Positions 13,401 to 22,905 of a stretch of 64,000 nt of DNA are shown here, piece after piece. Source of the stretch: Antechinus flavipes (taxonomy: Eukaryota); the NCBI RefSeq assembly GCF_016432865.1, contig NC_067400.1, positions 615,970,001 through 616,034,000 on the forward strand, given 5' to 3'. The notes below the pieces were generated by a model. That model did not search any database. It saw nothing but the letters and a program-made list of their open reading frames with translations, and had not been told where the DNA came from. The position numbers were made by a program, and so were the translations under genes. Within the stretch, counting starts at the first letter, position 1; every line of letters starts with the position of its first letter.

Positions 13401-16400
13401 CATTATGCTTTAGATTTTCTTTAGGTTTTTAATACTTTTCCCTTTTTTTATAAAATAAATTTTAAAAAATTATTTTATTTTTAAAAAAAACCTAAGAAAA
13501 ATAGAAAACGATTACAAAACTAAATAAAACAAAATGAAAGAAGATTGTCTTGTGCTTGACAGAACATCAGGGAGGGTCCATATAACAGCAAATGACCAGC
13601 TTAAGAAAGTATTGAATTGTGTTCAGAAGTATCCATCTTTACTTCCTCATAGATTGTTCTTTGGTTCTTACTGTGCACCTTCTGCATTCTTTTTTGCCCT
13701 TCCACCCCTTACCACCCCCCAGCAGGCTAGAGTTAAGAATCCCTCTGTTTTTAGCATCTTCCCTGGCAGCTCAGTTGCTCCGGGGAGGGCACCTGTCCCC
13801 GAGCGGGCTTCTGGGCTCTGGGACTGGTTTCTCCTTCCTTCTTTGGCTTCCTCCCCTTCCATCGCTGGGCTGTGGGACGGAGTGCGTGGGGCCCGTGGGC
13901 TGCTGGCCCTTGTGAGCCCAAGCTTGGCTCCCTACGCCCCCGGTCTTCCTGTGGGGAGCCCCTGTCTCCCCGGGCTGGCTTCGGGCCTCCCTGCCTTTCG
14001 TGTGGCGGCCTGTTCGGCCCTTGGGGAGCCGCCCTTTGGGGCTGGGGCCGAGCTGGTTGTGGGGGTCCCCAGGCTCGCCAGGCACAGCTGTCACTGGCCA
14101 GAACGCGGGTCGTCAGCTCGGTGCAGGGACCCCGGGGCCCTCGAGCCTCCCCCGGCTTTCTGCCACGTTGCAGACCCTGCCTCGGGCGGCCTCTGGGAGA
14201 GCTCCGATGGTTGGGACGTCATTCGGCATTAACCTTCCTTAGCCGCTGTCCCTGCTGCTCCTCGTGCCCGCCCTGCCTGGCCTGGCACACGCTGCGGGCA
14301 TCCGCCAGCCCCTCCCACCCCCCCGGCCCCTTACGACAGCCGGGGTGTCGCGCTGTCTCCCACCCAGCAGCAGAGAGAAGGGCCCGGAGCCGGGAGGGAG
14401 GCCCCGCCGCGGGGGGGGGGGGGGGTCCGTGGAGGGCGCGCTGTCCCCCAGCGGGCTTCTGGGCTCTGGGGTCGCCCCTGCTTTCTTTGCAGTCCTGTGA
14501 ATTGGGTCTTTTGTCTTCTCGCCTGGTGCCGTGGGACGGGCCCTTGCATTGCCGGCCCAGGTCCTTCCGTTTCAGGAGGGGCTTTGGGAAAGCTCAATGG
14601 CGAGCGCTGAGTGGCCCCGGGCCCTCCCCCCGCAGCCTCCTTCAGACCCTTCGAGGGACCCCTGGCACCTGGTGCAGCCCAAGCCCTTTGCACGGCCTCG
14701 GGGGCCCAGCGCGCTCCTGGGCTCGGCCTCCGGGGCCTCCGGTCTGGCCTGGCCCTGCCCGGGCTGATGGCCGACGCCTGCCTTTGCCGGGGCTCTGGGG
14801 TCCGGACCCTCCTCCTCTGAGGGCCCCCCCCCTCTGGGCGCTGACCCCTCCCCCTCTGCCCCCAGCCATCGAGGACGAGTACAGCGGCCCCAAGCTAGAG
14901 AACGGCAAAGTGACCCTGCCCTTCATGCAGGAGCTCATGCAGTGGTACCGGGAGCAGAAGAAGCTGCACAGGAAGTGCGCCTACCAGGTGAGCCCGCCCG
15001 GCCCGGCCCTGCGAGGGGGGGGGTCACGGGGGGGAGAGGCGGGGCAGGAAGTGAGGCCTTGGGGCTCCCGTTCTGGGCCACAGCCAGGCGGGGGGTGCTC
15101 ATCGCTCCTTCCCCCCCCCCCCTCAGATTTTGGTGCAGGTGAAGGAGATCCTGTCCAAGCTGACCACGCTGGTGGAGACCACGCTCAAAGAGGTGCCTCT
15201 GTGTTTGGGGGCGGGAGCACCCGGGGGCGGGGCGGGGGAGGAGCCTTGGGGGCGGGGCTGCGCTGGGGCCGGCCGGCAGACACTTACCCGGCTTGGGTTT
15301 TGTCTCCCCTTTGCTGTCTGTCTCTTCAACCCCCTCCCCCCATTCTGACTGCCCCTCACCACATCTCTCTGTCCCCCTTTTGGGCCGTCTCGGCCTCTCG
15401 CCCGTCCCAACCCTGCGTCTCTCCTGCCTCTCCCCCCTGTCTCTCTCCTGTCTCCCCCTCTGGTCTCTGCCTCCGTCTGTCTCTGTGTCTCCCTCTTCCC
15501 TGACCTCTTTTCTTTCAGACAGAGAAGATTACAGTCTGTGGGGACACCCACGGCCAGTTCTATGACCTGCTTAACATATTTGAGCTCAACGGTCTGCCCT
15601 CAGAGACCAACCCCTATGTATCCTTTCTGGGCCCGAGCCGGGCTGCTCCGTCCCCGTGGGCACCGTCCCCCCCAGACCCTCCCCGCAGTCGGGCGATGGC
15701 CCCCGGCACGGCCTCCCCCCCCTCCCCCCCCCGGCCCCCGGCACAGCGCTCCCCCCGGCTCCCCCCCCCGGCCCCCTGCACGGCCCCCCCCCCCCCCCCC
15801 CCCCCTCCCCCCCCCGGCCCCCTGCACGGCCTCCCCCCCCTCCCCTGGCCCCCTGCACGGCGCTTCCCCCCCCCCCCCCCCCCCCCGCCCCCTGCACGGC
15901 GCTCCCCCCCCCCCCGGCCCCCTGGATGGGTCCCCTGCAACTTAGCGGTGTCCGGCCTGGTGCGTGGGGCCGCCGGCCCTGGGACCCCCATGGGAGCCTG
16001 ATGGGGACGGGGGGGCGGGGGGCGCCGGGCTCCCGCCCCTGCACGTTTTCCTGAGCCTCCCCGGCACAGATATTTAATGGAGACTTTGTGGACCGAGGCT
16101 CCTTCTCGGTAGAAGTGATCCTCACCCTCTTTGGCTTCAAGCTGCTGTACCCCGACCACTTTCACCTGCTGCGAGGTAAGCCGGAGCTGGGCGCGGGCAG
16201 AGAGGTGGGCGCCCGTGGAGGGCAGGGGCCAGAGCCGCCCGGCCCCTCCCCCAGCCCCGGCGGCGCCCAGAGCCCCGGGTTCCTCGAGAACGTCGCCGGG
16301 CCCTGCTCCCCCCGGGGAGGCGGGGCGCTCGTCCGAGCTCCCCGGGCGCGTCGGCTCCCTCCCCCGGCCCGGGCTCTGTACGGAGGGCCCGGGCGGCCCC

Positions 16401-17745
16401 CGCTCCGGCTCCGGCGTCGGCGCTCTCCAGGCCTTGGTAGTCAGATTCTCCGGTGACGCCCTAGTGGGGGTCCCGCCGAGGGCCGACGCCCCGACCCGTG
16501 CCCAGCCTTAACCTGCAGGCCTGTGAGCCAGGGTCTTCCCTCCATCCCTAAAATCCCCCAGGGAACCACGAGACAGACAACATGAACCAAATCTACGGCT
16601 TTGAGGGGGAGGTGAAGGCCAAATACACAGCCCAGATGTTTGAGCTTTTCAGCGAGGTATTTGAGTGGCTGCCCCTGGCCCAGTGTATCAACGGCAAGGT
16701 GCTGGTAAGCCTTTGTGGGGCAGGGGCAAGGGGCAGCCCTGGGGGAGCGGGGGAGGGAGGGGGGTGCCCTCACCACGCCTCCTGCCTCCCCAGATCATGC
16801 ACGGGGGGCTCTTCAGCGAGGACGGGGTCACCCTGGACGACATCCGGAAGATCGAGCGGAATCGGCAGCCCCCCGACTCCGGTGAGCTCCGCGGGCCCCG
16901 GGCACATCCCTGCCGTGGAGGGGGCTTGGGGCAGGGGGCGCCCGGGCCCGAGCCCACTAACTGCCCCTCTCTCTTCCCCGTCCACTCGCAGGCCCCATGT
17001 GCGATTTGCTCTGGTCCGATCCACAGCCCCAGGTCAGTGAGCGCTCGCCTCGCGCAGGGTCCCCGGGGGGCGGGGGGGGCCGGGGCCGGGGGCCGGATCT
17101 GAGGCTTCTCTCCTCCAGAACGGGCGCTCGGTCAGCAAGCGAGGCGTGAGCTGCCAGTTTGGACCGGACGTCACCAAGGCCTTCCTGGAGGAGAATCGGC
17201 TGGACTACATCATCCGCAGCCACGAGGTGAAGCCTGAGGGCTACGAGGTGGCCCACGACGGCAAATGCGTCACTGTGTTCTCCGCCCCCAACTACTGGTG
17301 AGGAAGCCGGGGCCCCCACCCCCACCCCGACCCCTCTGGGGCTGCCCCCGGGCCCTGCTGCCCCCACCCCCGCCGGGCCACCCCCTGGGCTCCCCTGGCC
17401 CTGCCCGCCTGACGGGCTGTTCCTTCCCGCAGCGACCAGATGGGCAATAAGGCCTCCTACATCCACCTCCGAGGCTCCGACCTGCGGCCCCAGTTCCACC
17501 AGTTCACAGCAGTGGTGAGTCCCGGGTGCCCTGAGCTCGTAGCTCTGGGTGAAGGCTGGGCAGGGGCCCGAGAGGGGTCAGGGGCCGGGGAGCAAAGGTC
17601 GGGGAGCACGGGCCGGGGGTCAGGTAAAGCGTGGGCAGGAGCCCGGAGGAGCCGGCCCGACAGGACTTCTGGTCTCCTGCAGCCTCATCCCAACGTCAAG
17701 CCCATGGCCTACGCCAACACATTGCTGCAGCTGGGGATGATGTGA
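1193..17745 (+). CDS. PPP5C: Serine/threonine protein phosphatase 5 (3 TPR + PPP catalytic domain), 13 coding exons, 499 aa, intact
   Basis: Exons join in frame: 1193-1313, 4674-4915, 7436-7583, 14866-14987, 15127-15192, 15519-15617, 16070-16175, 16562-16704, 16794-16881, 16992-17032, 17119-17297, 17433-17514, 17683-17745 (sum 1500 nt). All introns are GT-AG. The translation starts MAMAEGER, contains the GDTHG, GDFVDRG and RGNHE metallophosphatase motifs, and ends [20 protein letters not shown], as in mammalian PP5. Confidence 0.98.
1400..2560. repeat. Degenerate minisatellite in PPP5C intron 1 (alternating ~30-37 bp subunits)
   Basis: Recurring CTGCTGCCAGATAGTGAGCCAT(A/G)GGGAAATG and GTTGCCACATAGTGAGCCATATGAAGA. 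This explains the repetitive [15 protein letters not shown]-type ORFs. Confidence 0.85.
4343..4615. repeat. 43-44 bp G-rich minisatellite, about 6.3 copies, just upstream of exon 2
   Basis: Unit CTGGGGACCCTCGGGCCCGTCCCGGAGGCCTGGGGGGGAGGGG starts at 4343, 4386, 4429, 4473, 4516, 4560, 4603. Confidence 0.95.
4674..4915 (+). CDS. PPP5C: PPP5C exon 2 (TPR1-3)
   Basis: ccatccag|GC AAG GAC TAC; [18 protein letters not shown]...ALRDYET; donor ACG|GTGAGC; 242 nt. Confidence 0.97.
7436..7583 (+). CDS. PPP5C: PPP5C exon 3
   Basis: tgtgcag|[20 protein letters not shown]...LDIESM; donor GA|GTGAGT; 148 nt. Confidence 0.97.
9980..11427 (-). mobile_element. 5'-truncated young L1 (ORF2 C-terminus + 3'UTR), antisense in intron 3
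   Basis: ORF 10384-11391 is the L1 ORF2 end ([24 protein letters not shown]). The T-run tail is at 9980, and a 13-bp TSD AAATTTGTCAAAT lies at 9967-9979 and 11424-11436. Confidence 0.95.
11466..11816 (-). pseudogene. RPL36: Processed pseudogene of 60S ribosomal protein L36
   Basis: Intronless [10 protein letters not shown]...[23 protein letters not shown]...KVSKDK*...[20 protein letters not shown]. It has two in-frame stops, a frameshift at a C/A run and a lost stop codon (TCA). ATG at 11777. Confidence 0.93.
11890..13400 (-). mobile_element. Old decayed L1 (ORF1-region) fragment hosting the 12360-12975 insertion
   Basis: T-rich sequence resembling the antisense of marsupial L1 ORF1 (ttttggaatat..., gagcttcaaac...); boundaries approximate. 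Confidence 0.45.
12360..12975 (-). mobile_element. 5'-truncated young L1 3' end
   Basis: ORF2 tail 12718-13092 + 3'UTR; perfect 15-bp TSD TGGGACAGTTTTCTT at 12345-12359 and 12976-12990. Confidence 0.95.
14866..14987 (+). CDS. PPP5C: PPP5C exon 4
   Basis: [40 protein letters not shown]; cccag| and |GTGAGC; 122 nt. Confidence 0.97.
15127..15192 (+). CDS. PPP5C: PPP5C exon 5
   Basis: [22 protein letters not shown]; 66 nt; ctcag| and |GTGCCT. Confidence 0.96.
15519..15617 (+). CDS. PPP5C: PPP5C exon 6
   Basis: [33 protein letters not shown]; followed by the U12-type donor GTATCCTTT; 99 nt. Confidence 0.97.
15618..16069 (+). other. U12-type (minor spliceosome) GT-AG intron 6 of PPP5C
   Basis: The 5' splice site GTATCCTTT matches the U12 consensus. 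A branch-like TTTTCCTGAGC lies at 16046-16056, with its A (16054) 15 nt before the AG, and there is no long polypyrimidine tract. Confidence 0.9.
15660..15925. repeat. C-rich low-complexity tandem repeat within U12 intron 6
   Basis: About 7 units of CCCC(T/G)GCACGGC + long C runs. Confidence 0.85.
16070..16175 (+). CDS. PPP5C: PPP5C exon 7
   Basis: [35 protein letters not shown]; donor G|GTAAGC; 106 nt. Confidence 0.97.
16562..16704 (+). CDS. PPP5C: PPP5C exon 8
   Basis: [21 protein letters not shown]...CINGKVL; 143 nt. Confidence 0.97.
16794..16881 (+). CDS. PPP5C: PPP5C exon 9
   Basis: [29 protein letters not shown]; 88 nt. Confidence 0.97.
16992..17032 (+). CDS. PPP5C: PPP5C exon 10
   Basis: [13 protein letters not shown]; 41 nt. 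Confidence 0.96.
17119..17297 (+). CDS. PPP5C: PPP5C exon 11
   Basis: [38 protein letters not shown]...VFSAPNY; 179 nt. Confidence 0.97.
17433..17514 (+). CDS. PPP5C: PPP5C exon 12
   Basis: [27 protein letters not shown]; 82 nt. Confidence 0.97.
17683..17745 (+). CDS. PPP5C: PPP5C exon 13 (coding part, to TGA)
   Basis: [20 protein letters not shown]; 63 nt. Confidence 0.97.
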   Translation, partial: PHPNVKPMAYANTLLQLGMM

Positions 17746-18235
17746 GGGGGACGCAGGGGCCTGGGCGGAGGCTCCCCTGGAGCCGGGCGCCGGCCCAGCC
17801 CTCGCTCCCAGCAGGAGGCTGGCCTGGCCCAGAAGTTGGAGACCCGAGGAGTTCCACCTGCTTTTACTTTGTAAACTTTGTATTTATTCCCCCACTTTGG
17901 TTCAAGGGGTCTGCATCCCCAGGACGATGGGCATTTGTGGGCTGGGGCTTCTGGGGGCTTGCTGCCCCAGGGCATTCTGGGAGGAGGCGGCGAGAGCTGG
18001 GGGAGGGAGAAGGGCAGGGCCAGGGGAGCCGCTCCCACCCCCTTCGTTTGCATGGCTCTGCCCCCTTTCCACCCATCACTGAAGCAATAGGCCCCATGGA
18101 GGGGCTGGGGGTCAGGGGTCCTCTCTGCTCAATCCACCAAGGGCTCTTGGTCTACTGGAGCCCCCCAGGCAGGGGCCGAGAGCCAGGCCCGCCCAGAGCC
18201 CTCCCCGCCCCACCCAAGCTATTTTACTGTCTGTA

Positions 18236-18255
18236 ATTAAATATGTTAAAATAAA
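18236..18255 (+). terminator. PPP5C polyadenylation signals
   Basis: ATTAAA 18236-18241 and AATAAA 18250-18255 in an AT-rich patch about 500 nt after the stop. Confidence 0.85.
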
Positions 18256-18506
18256 GTCATTATTGTAAACCAGCCTGGCTGGGGAAGAATCAGACCTTCC
18301 TGTCCGCTTCTTTCCCGCGGGCCGCTGGGGGGCTGGGAGTGACCCCCGAGGTCGGGAGCCCCAGAGGGGGAGGGGCTGGAGAGCAGATCCCCGCCCTCAG
18401 GAGGAGCCCAGGCCCCTCCCACTGCGGCAGGGGTTATGAGGGGGCCCCAGGCCCGGGCCTGCTGCCCCTCCCCATCAATCCCTGGGGATCCGCCCTGTCT
18501 GGGCCC

Positions 18507-18520
18507 CCACAAGGGGGCGC
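18507..18520 (+). promoter_or_regulatory. CTCF-like motif 3' of PPP5C
   Basis: CCACAAGGGGGCGC vs consensus CCASYAGRKGGCRS (13/14). Confidence 0.55.
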
Positions 18521-18918
18521 TCCGGCCTCCTCCTGGGCCTTGATGGCTGCTGCCCCCACCCACTCTCCCCCAGCCAACAACAGGTCGGGGGACGGCCCCT
18601 GCCCTATGTGAGGGCCGCCGGCCCTCCCAGCCCAGGCTGGGTCAGAGCAGCCGTTGGGGCCAGAAGCTGAGAGGAGGAGTCTCACAGGGCTCCGAGGGGA
18701 TGGAGGAGACCCGGTCCCCTAGTCCAGGGGGTGATTTCTGGGTTCCATGGGACTGATCTAATCTCACAGATAGTGGTTCCCTAGTGACACCATTGGCTTA
18801 TGCTCCAGGCCGGGGCCTCCCTCAGGTTCGTGAGAGGCAGAGAAGGCAAAGGAAGGGGGCGGCTGGGAGCTCAGGCTCTGGGAGCCAAGGGGGGATTCAG
18901 GCCTCCTTCGGTCAGGTT

Positions 18919-20057
18919 CCCGGGGCCGGGGGGCTCCGAGTCAGAGCTAGGGACCACGGGCTCCGGGGGGCCAGGGGGTTCCGAGTCAGAGTTAGGGACC
19001 ACGGGCTCCCAGGGGGCTCCGAGTCAGAGCTAGGGACCACGGGCTCCCGGGGGGCTCTGAGTCAGAGCTAGGGACCACGGGCTCCCGGGGGCTCCGAGTC
19101 AGAGCTAGGGACCACGGGCTCCCGGGGGCTCCGAGTCAGAGTTAGGGACCACGGGCTCCCGGGGGCTCCGAGTCAGAGTTAGGGACCACGGGCTCCCGGG
19201 GGCTCCGAGTCAGAGTTAGGGACCACGGTCAGAGTTAGGGACCACGGGCTCCCGGGGGCTCCGAGTCAGAGCTAGGGACCACGGTCAGAGTTAGGGACCA
19301 CGGGCTCCCGGGGGCTCCGAGTCAGAGCTAGGGACCACGGTCAGAGTTAGGGACCACGGGCTCCCGGGGGCTCCGAGTCAGAGTTAGGGACCACGGTCAG
19401 AGTTAGGGACCACGGGCTCCCGGGGCCGGGGGGCTCCGACTCAGAGCTAGGGACCACGGGCTCCCGGGGGCTCCGAGTCAGAGTTAGGGACCACGGTCAG
19501 AGTTAGGGACCACGGGCTCCCGGGGGCTCCGAGTCAGAGCTAGGGACCACGGTCAGAGTTAGGGACCACGGGCTCCCGGGGGCTCCGAGTCAGAGCTAGG
19601 GACCACGGTCAGAGTTAGGGACCACGGGCTCCCGGGGGCTCCGAGTCAGAGTTAGGGACCACGGTCAGAGTTAGGGACCACGGGCTCCCGGGGCCGGGGG
19701 GCTCCGACTCAGAGCTAGGGACCACGGGCTCCCGGGGGCTCCGAGTCAGAGTTAGGGACCACGGGCTCCCGGGGGGCTCCGACTCAGAGCTAGGGACCAC
19801 GGGCTCCCGGGGGCTCCGAGTCAGAGTTAGGGACCACGGGCTCCCTGGGGCTCCGAGTCAGAGTTAGGGACCACGGTCAGAGTTAGGGACCACGGGCTCC
19901 CGGGGCCGGGGGGCTCCGACTCAGAGCTAGGGACCACGGGCTCCCGGGGGCTCCGAGTCAGAGTTAGGGACCACGGGCTCCCGGGGGGCTCCGACTCAGA
20001 GCTAGGGACCACGGGCTCCCGGGGGCTCCGAGTCAGAGCTAGGGACCACGGGCTCCC
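18919..20057. repeat. GC-rich minisatellite, 37-bp unit with 19-bp and longer variant units
   Basis: GAGTCAGAG(C/T)TAGGGACCACGGGCTCCCGGGGGCTCC interspersed with GGTCAGAGTTAGGGACCAC; about 34 core units by manual count. Confidence 0.97.
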
Positions 20058-22538
20058 TTCTCCCGCCCTGGGGTGGCGGGCCCGGCCTCCTGCACTTCTC
20101 CACAGAAGAAAGCTGCTGGGCCCCAGGCCAGGAGACAAGACTGGGAAGGAGACGGTGGAGGATTTGGGCTTCGGCCCCTGCCCCAGACCTCCAGAAAACG
20201 GCCGGGAGCACTACGGGGGCCCCCGGACGGCCCTTCTCGGCCCCTGCTTCTGCCGGAGGGGAGGCTCCCGCTGCGCCCGCTCTGCCGGGTCCCTCGGAGG
20301 GTGGGAACAGGTCCCGGCTGACGGGAGCCGGGCAGACTCTGGGCCCCGGGTCCATGGGGGGCCGGTCCCTGCTGCGCTCGGGGCTCCGGGCCTGGACTGG
20401 CAGCGGGCCTGTGGCCCAGAGGCCGGCTCCAGTCCCTGTTGTGCCGGGCTCCCGGACGGGGTGGGGGGGGGCACCTCGGGCATCCTGCCTCCCCTGCCCC
20501 CGGCACTGATGCGGACGGTTGCCTGGTCTGGGTGCAGCGATTGGCAGGAAGAGCTCTGGACCATCCGGACGCCTCCCCCCGAGGCCCGGGCTAAGGTCCC
20601 CTCACTGGCTCTGGGCTTAAAAAAGCCTGTGGCCTTTCTACAACCGGGCCGCGAGCCTGAGTTCTGGGAGATGCAGCCGGGAGGGTGGGCTGCAGGGCAG
20701 AGAAGGGGCCTCCTGCCCCTGCGAGAGAGCGGCGAGGGGGGCTGCGGGGCCCGGGGGGGGCACCGTGTGGGCCTTCTGAGCCGGCCCCTCCCAGCGGCGG
20801 CTTCGTCTGGCAGGGAGTGACAGGAGCCCGGACAGCTGGGCCTTCGGGAACAGTGGGGGCCAGGGCCCTCGGGGGCAGGGCTCAGGGCTGCAGCAGGGAA
20901 TGCCCCCCCCCCCCACACACACGGAGGAGCCTGGGGGCAGGGCCGTGCCCCGGGGGGCCAGAGGGTGCCAGGGGCCTTGGGGGCAGGGCTGGGGGCTCCA
21001 GCAGGGAACGCCCCCCCACACACACACGGAGGAGCCTGGGGGCGGGGCCGTGCCCTGGGGCAGTGGTGAGTGGCCGGGGGCAGGGAGGGAAGCTGGCACT
21101 CGGCCCTTTGATTCGCCTTCAGAGGGGGAACGTGGCAGACCCGGCTCCTCCACCCCACGAGGCTCCGGCCCCACGGCCTCCCTGGAGAGGTCGGCGTTTC
21201 TGGCACCGCTGGGGCAGTGCGGGGCCTGGAGGCCGGGACAGAGGCGCCCACCCTGGCAGCTCCCCCTCCGCCTGCAGGGGGGACGGTCCTGGAACAGCAG
21301 TGGAGAGACCCACGCAGGCGCGCTGGGGATTGTGGGGCTGGGCCCAGCGAGGCTGCTCCGGGGGTCCCGCAGTGTCACCGCTGGCTCTCGGGGCTGTGGG
21401 CGCGGAGCTTCCCAAAGGAGAGCCCTGGGAGGGAGGACCCTGAGGCAGGCAGAGGGGATGCGGCTTGCTGCCGGCCCAGCTCCGGGGGTCCGGCCTGAGC
21501 GGGGGCTTCCGGCCTCCAGGCCCACGGGTGCCCGACAGCAGAGCCTGAAGGATGCCGAGCACAGGGAGCACACGGGGGGCCTATGGGGTCCGTGTTTTAC
21601 AAGTAGCTGCCAGGGGGGAAAGGAGCGCCCAGCAAAACCTTACCAGTGACCTGCGTTTTCCCCGGGCTCGGGCTGGCTCCAGCTCCCCATGACCAGGAAA
21701 CATTGAGGGCTTCCCAGGGCCCGGCATGTGCCTCCCCAAGCTGCCTGCGTCGAGCCCAGGGCTCCGGAGGGACCCCCCGCTGCCCCTCCCCGTGCCCCGG
21801 CCCTGCCATCTCCCTCCTCCCCCATAGTCCTTCAGGCTGTGGCAGTCATGGAGACCCTGTTCCCTCCCCCTCCTGCCGAAGGGCATCCCACAAAGGAGCG
21901 TCTTCCACTCCTCCCTCCCCGAGGCCCAGCAGTGACCCTCGGCCCGCCCGCTTCTCCTCCCACCCACCAGGCCCCGCCGCCCCTTTCCGAGCCGGGAGCT
22001 CGGGGCCATTGTCTCCCAGAGCTGCTGCCCCGCGCCCCTCTGCCCCTACAAGCTGCCGGGCACGGGCGCTCGCTTCGGGGGACCCAGGTCCGTCCAGAGA
22101 AGGGGCAGTGGGGGGTCCCACGGCCCTCAGCCTCTGGCTGACCCATCACGGCGTATCCGTCCCAAGAGCCGCGAGAACGCGCCGGGCGGTGGCTGCAATT
22201 AACGGTCACTGCTCAATCTCAGAAGCCCCCCTTGTACAGAGGGGAACGGGTCCAGGGAAGGGCCTTCATCCTGCCCACTTCTTGTCTCCCGTTTCTTCAC
22301 CCGTGAAAGACAAAGAGGTTGGGGTAGATGGCCATGATCAGAAACCCCGGGGCTTCGGTGCCCAAGGACGGCCTTTGCCTCTTTGTAGCTCAGCGCCTGG
22401 CACACAGTAGGTGCTTCACAAGTGTTTGCTGGATTGGACTGTTGAACTGCCAGCTCTATAATCCTCAAAGCCCGTGAACCCTGTGGAGCAGATCCCCATT
22501 GTACAGGTGAGGAAACTGAGGTCAGAGAAGTTAAATGT

Positions 22539-22905
22539 CCCCCTGGGGGTTCCAAGGGGCGCTCAGCTGAGATATCCCCTCCCCCTCCCCCTGGGGGTCC
22601 CAAGGGGAGCTCAGCTGAGATATCCCCTCCCCCTCCCCCTGGGGGCCCAAGGGAGCTCAGCTGAGATATCCCCTCCCCCTCCCCCCTGGGGGCCCCAAGG
22701 GGAGCTCAGCTGAGATATCCCCCCCTCCCCCTGGGGGCCCTAAGGGAGCTCAGCTGAGATATCCCCTCCCCCTCCCCCTGGGGGTCCCAAGGGAGCTCAG
22801 CTGAGATATCCCCTCCCCCTGGGGGTCCCAAGGGAGCTCAGCTGAGATATCCCCTCCCCCTCCCCCTGGGGGTTCCACGAGGCGCTCAGCTGAGATATCC
22901 CACCC
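22539..22905. repeat. Minisatellite A, 8 units of 41-49 bp
   Basis: CCCCTGGGGGTCCCAAGGGAGCTCAGCTGAGATATCCCCTCCCCCT; core at 22562, 22610, 22656, 22705, 22749, 22796, 22837, 22885. Confidence 0.95.

Noticed and set aside
21140-21220. RPPWRGRRFWHRWG resembling the CCDC8 C-terminus; MLQIG at 24730 resembling the CCDC8 N-terminus
   Set aside because: Only 4-5 residues match, both are on the + strand and in the wrong order, and there is no further similarity.
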